Positions 62,215 to 64,000 of a stretch of 64,000 nt of DNA are shown here, piece by piece. Each line of letters starts with the position of its first letter. Position 1 is the stretch's first letter. A model generated the notes under the pieces. The model had not been told where the DNA came from and ran no database searches. It saw only the letters and a list, made by a program, of their open reading frames with translations. This DNA comes from Macrostomum lignano. Lineage: Eukaryota. The DNA is taken from assembly GCA_002269645.1 (NCBI GenBank), contig NIVC01000461.1, forward strand, positions 62,001-126,000. Reading direction: 5' to 3'. The translations under genes and the position numbers were made by a program.

Positions 62215-63691
62215 CTGTGCGCTCAAGTAATCAAAATATAGGTAGCTTCGCAGATATTGTACAGAACGTTGCTAACAGGAAATACCCTAAAATCCACTGA
62301 GCTGCAGTGCGTCTATTCAGCAACCGAGGCATTTTGATGATGAGCTCCACTTTGCAGAAAAATGTTTACGGTAACATGGCTTCGGTATGCAAGTGTTCAC
62401 TGTAGCTCATAGCTCGTATGCACGAACCTGTTTCTTGTAGTCTTTCGCTTGCTTGCATGCCTTTCGTTTACGTCTGCAGTTCATGAAACTGCTGCAAATC
62501 AATGTTATCTCTGTACCTTGCGACCAATCAAAATTGAGCTTTAGATAAAAACGATGAAGTGCCATAAAAGTCTAAGCCTTTTAAAAGTCAATTACCGATG
62601 CGACCCCCCGTGACTCATGGACGGCCCCTGATTATCTCTTAGCTCCGTCGGAAACTGCGTACATTGTGCCAACTGTATGCTAATATAGTACATTTCGCAC
62701 TTGGCGCAATCACCTCCTAGCAAGGCAACGTGGTGACTCCAGCGACATCAGGACGACCACCAAGGACAGTCAAGGTATCGCGAGTCAGACTTGGAGTCAC
62801 ACTGTGCAAGGTCACACGAAACAAAGTTGCAATCGATAACGATAAGAATATCAAGAGCCCTGATAAAAACGCAAGTCAGTGTAACTCATGCGGCCCAGAT
62901 CGGGAGGCTAATGATAAGGAACTACTGAAGGAGTTGGTGGCAACAGAAGCCCAGGCACCTAGCCGCAGGCTGCACTAAGCAAAATCAGTCATTTCTACTG
63001 TCAAATTTTTGCCGCCCATTTCTTCTGGCAAATGTAAATTGCCAATGGCAATAATTGGCAATAATGTACATTAGCCAGTCCACTGAAAAGTAGATGGCAG
63101 CTTTAGGCTGGAATTCCGAGAAAGGCAATAAAAATTGGGGCGGGGCGGGGGAGGGAGTAGTGTGGAAAGGCGCGGTTGGAGGGTTCAAGCTGGGGGTTAA
63201 GAGCCAATAAATGAGCCTTGGCTTTGAAAATAAATCAAAATGCTTCTGTTTAACTTACTACTGAACTGGAAGTAGTTTACACGCAAATGTGCTGAGTGGC
63301 CCGTCTTGTTATTCTAGTATCTGTTGTCAGTGCCAGCAGGTGCAGCTCGTCGGTCATGTAACAAGTACTATAATAGTCTAGCATTTAATAAAGGGAGAGT
63401 AACAGGATAGAAAGAATATAGAGCAGCACCTGCGGACACACGTATTACAGATAGGGCTCTGTGCAACAGCTTTTGATTCGGCAGATTTCGTATTATTCCA
63501 GCCGTCACACAGGACATTGTGCGTCACTGCATGTCAACAATAACTGGGCGCGAGAGCAACAAATGCCTAAGCTGCTTAAGATCAGCGTATATTGTACTGA
63601 CAAGAAATAAAACAACAACAAAAACAAAAAACAAACATATAAACAAGAATTACAAAACAACAAGACAAAACAATATGAATTATTTACTCAA

Positions 63692-63965
63692 GGACTACAC
63701 AAGTAGTAGGACGGGAAACCTCGTTTCTTGGAAAATTTCAAGAAGCAGGTTTTTCCGGAAAAAACGAAGACCGTCTACGGAGATCGTAAGTTTTTATTTT
63801 TGGCACAAAAATTGTTATTGCTTTTGATACGAAGCGACGACGTAAGAGGCAGACCCAATGTTCATATTTTGATATGTTTTGTCTTTCTTAAGGATTCTAT
63901 GTTAATTTCTTATTCTACGTACATTGCCAGGGGCGAGAACCCTGTCGAAAGGTTAGCAACTAAAA
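63692..63965 (+). CDS. Two possible small exons (~63692..63786 and ~63930..63965) of an unidentified gene at the window edge
   Basis: Strong donor GATC|gtaagt; acceptor ttgccag; phases join (…EDRLRRS|GENPVERLATK). No recognisable domain. Confidence 0.25.
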
Positions 63966-64000
63966 GTACGACTTGATTGTCGCTGTGACCAGGAGAGCTG

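Noticed and set aside
63305-63330. U2 snRNA-like TAGTATCTGTT
   Set aside because: Only about 11 nt match; the flanks do not resemble U2.

Overview
Eukaryotic (metazoan) genomic DNA, not prokaryotic. It has GC-rich spliced exons in AT-rich introns, many of which hold a private minisatellite. This architecture is consistent with a repeat-rich invertebrate such as the flatworm Macrostomum, but the taxon is an inference. Host genes in order: 5' part of a p90 ribosomal S6 kinase (RSK, minus strand, runs off the left edge); CNOT9/RCD1 (+, 3 coding exons, 311 aa); an H3.3-type histone (-); a complete 16-exon villin with headpiece (+, 833 aa, one GC-AG intron); MOG1/RANGRF (-, 2 coding exons, 187 aa); a disrupted GalNAc-transferase fragment; and a LicD/fukutin-like gene (-) with a D-to-G change in its DxD motif. 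Mobile DNA: an intact piggyBac transposase element in a villin intron; two decayed, related Gypsy elements, one interrupted by a BED-hAT remnant and the other by a foldback element; three related MULE/foldback-like elements with 9-bp TSDs; hAT and Merlin/MULE-like MITEs; a tRNA-CORE SINE; and a LINE 3' end. Best leads: about 30 decoy splice acceptors each followed by TGA before villin exon 2; sharply bounded CpG-depleted domains; the foldback family; an AP-1 site cluster; and the intact piggyBac. I found no CRISPR array, rRNA or genuine tRNA gene. All exon models were assembled by eye and are unverified by transcripts.
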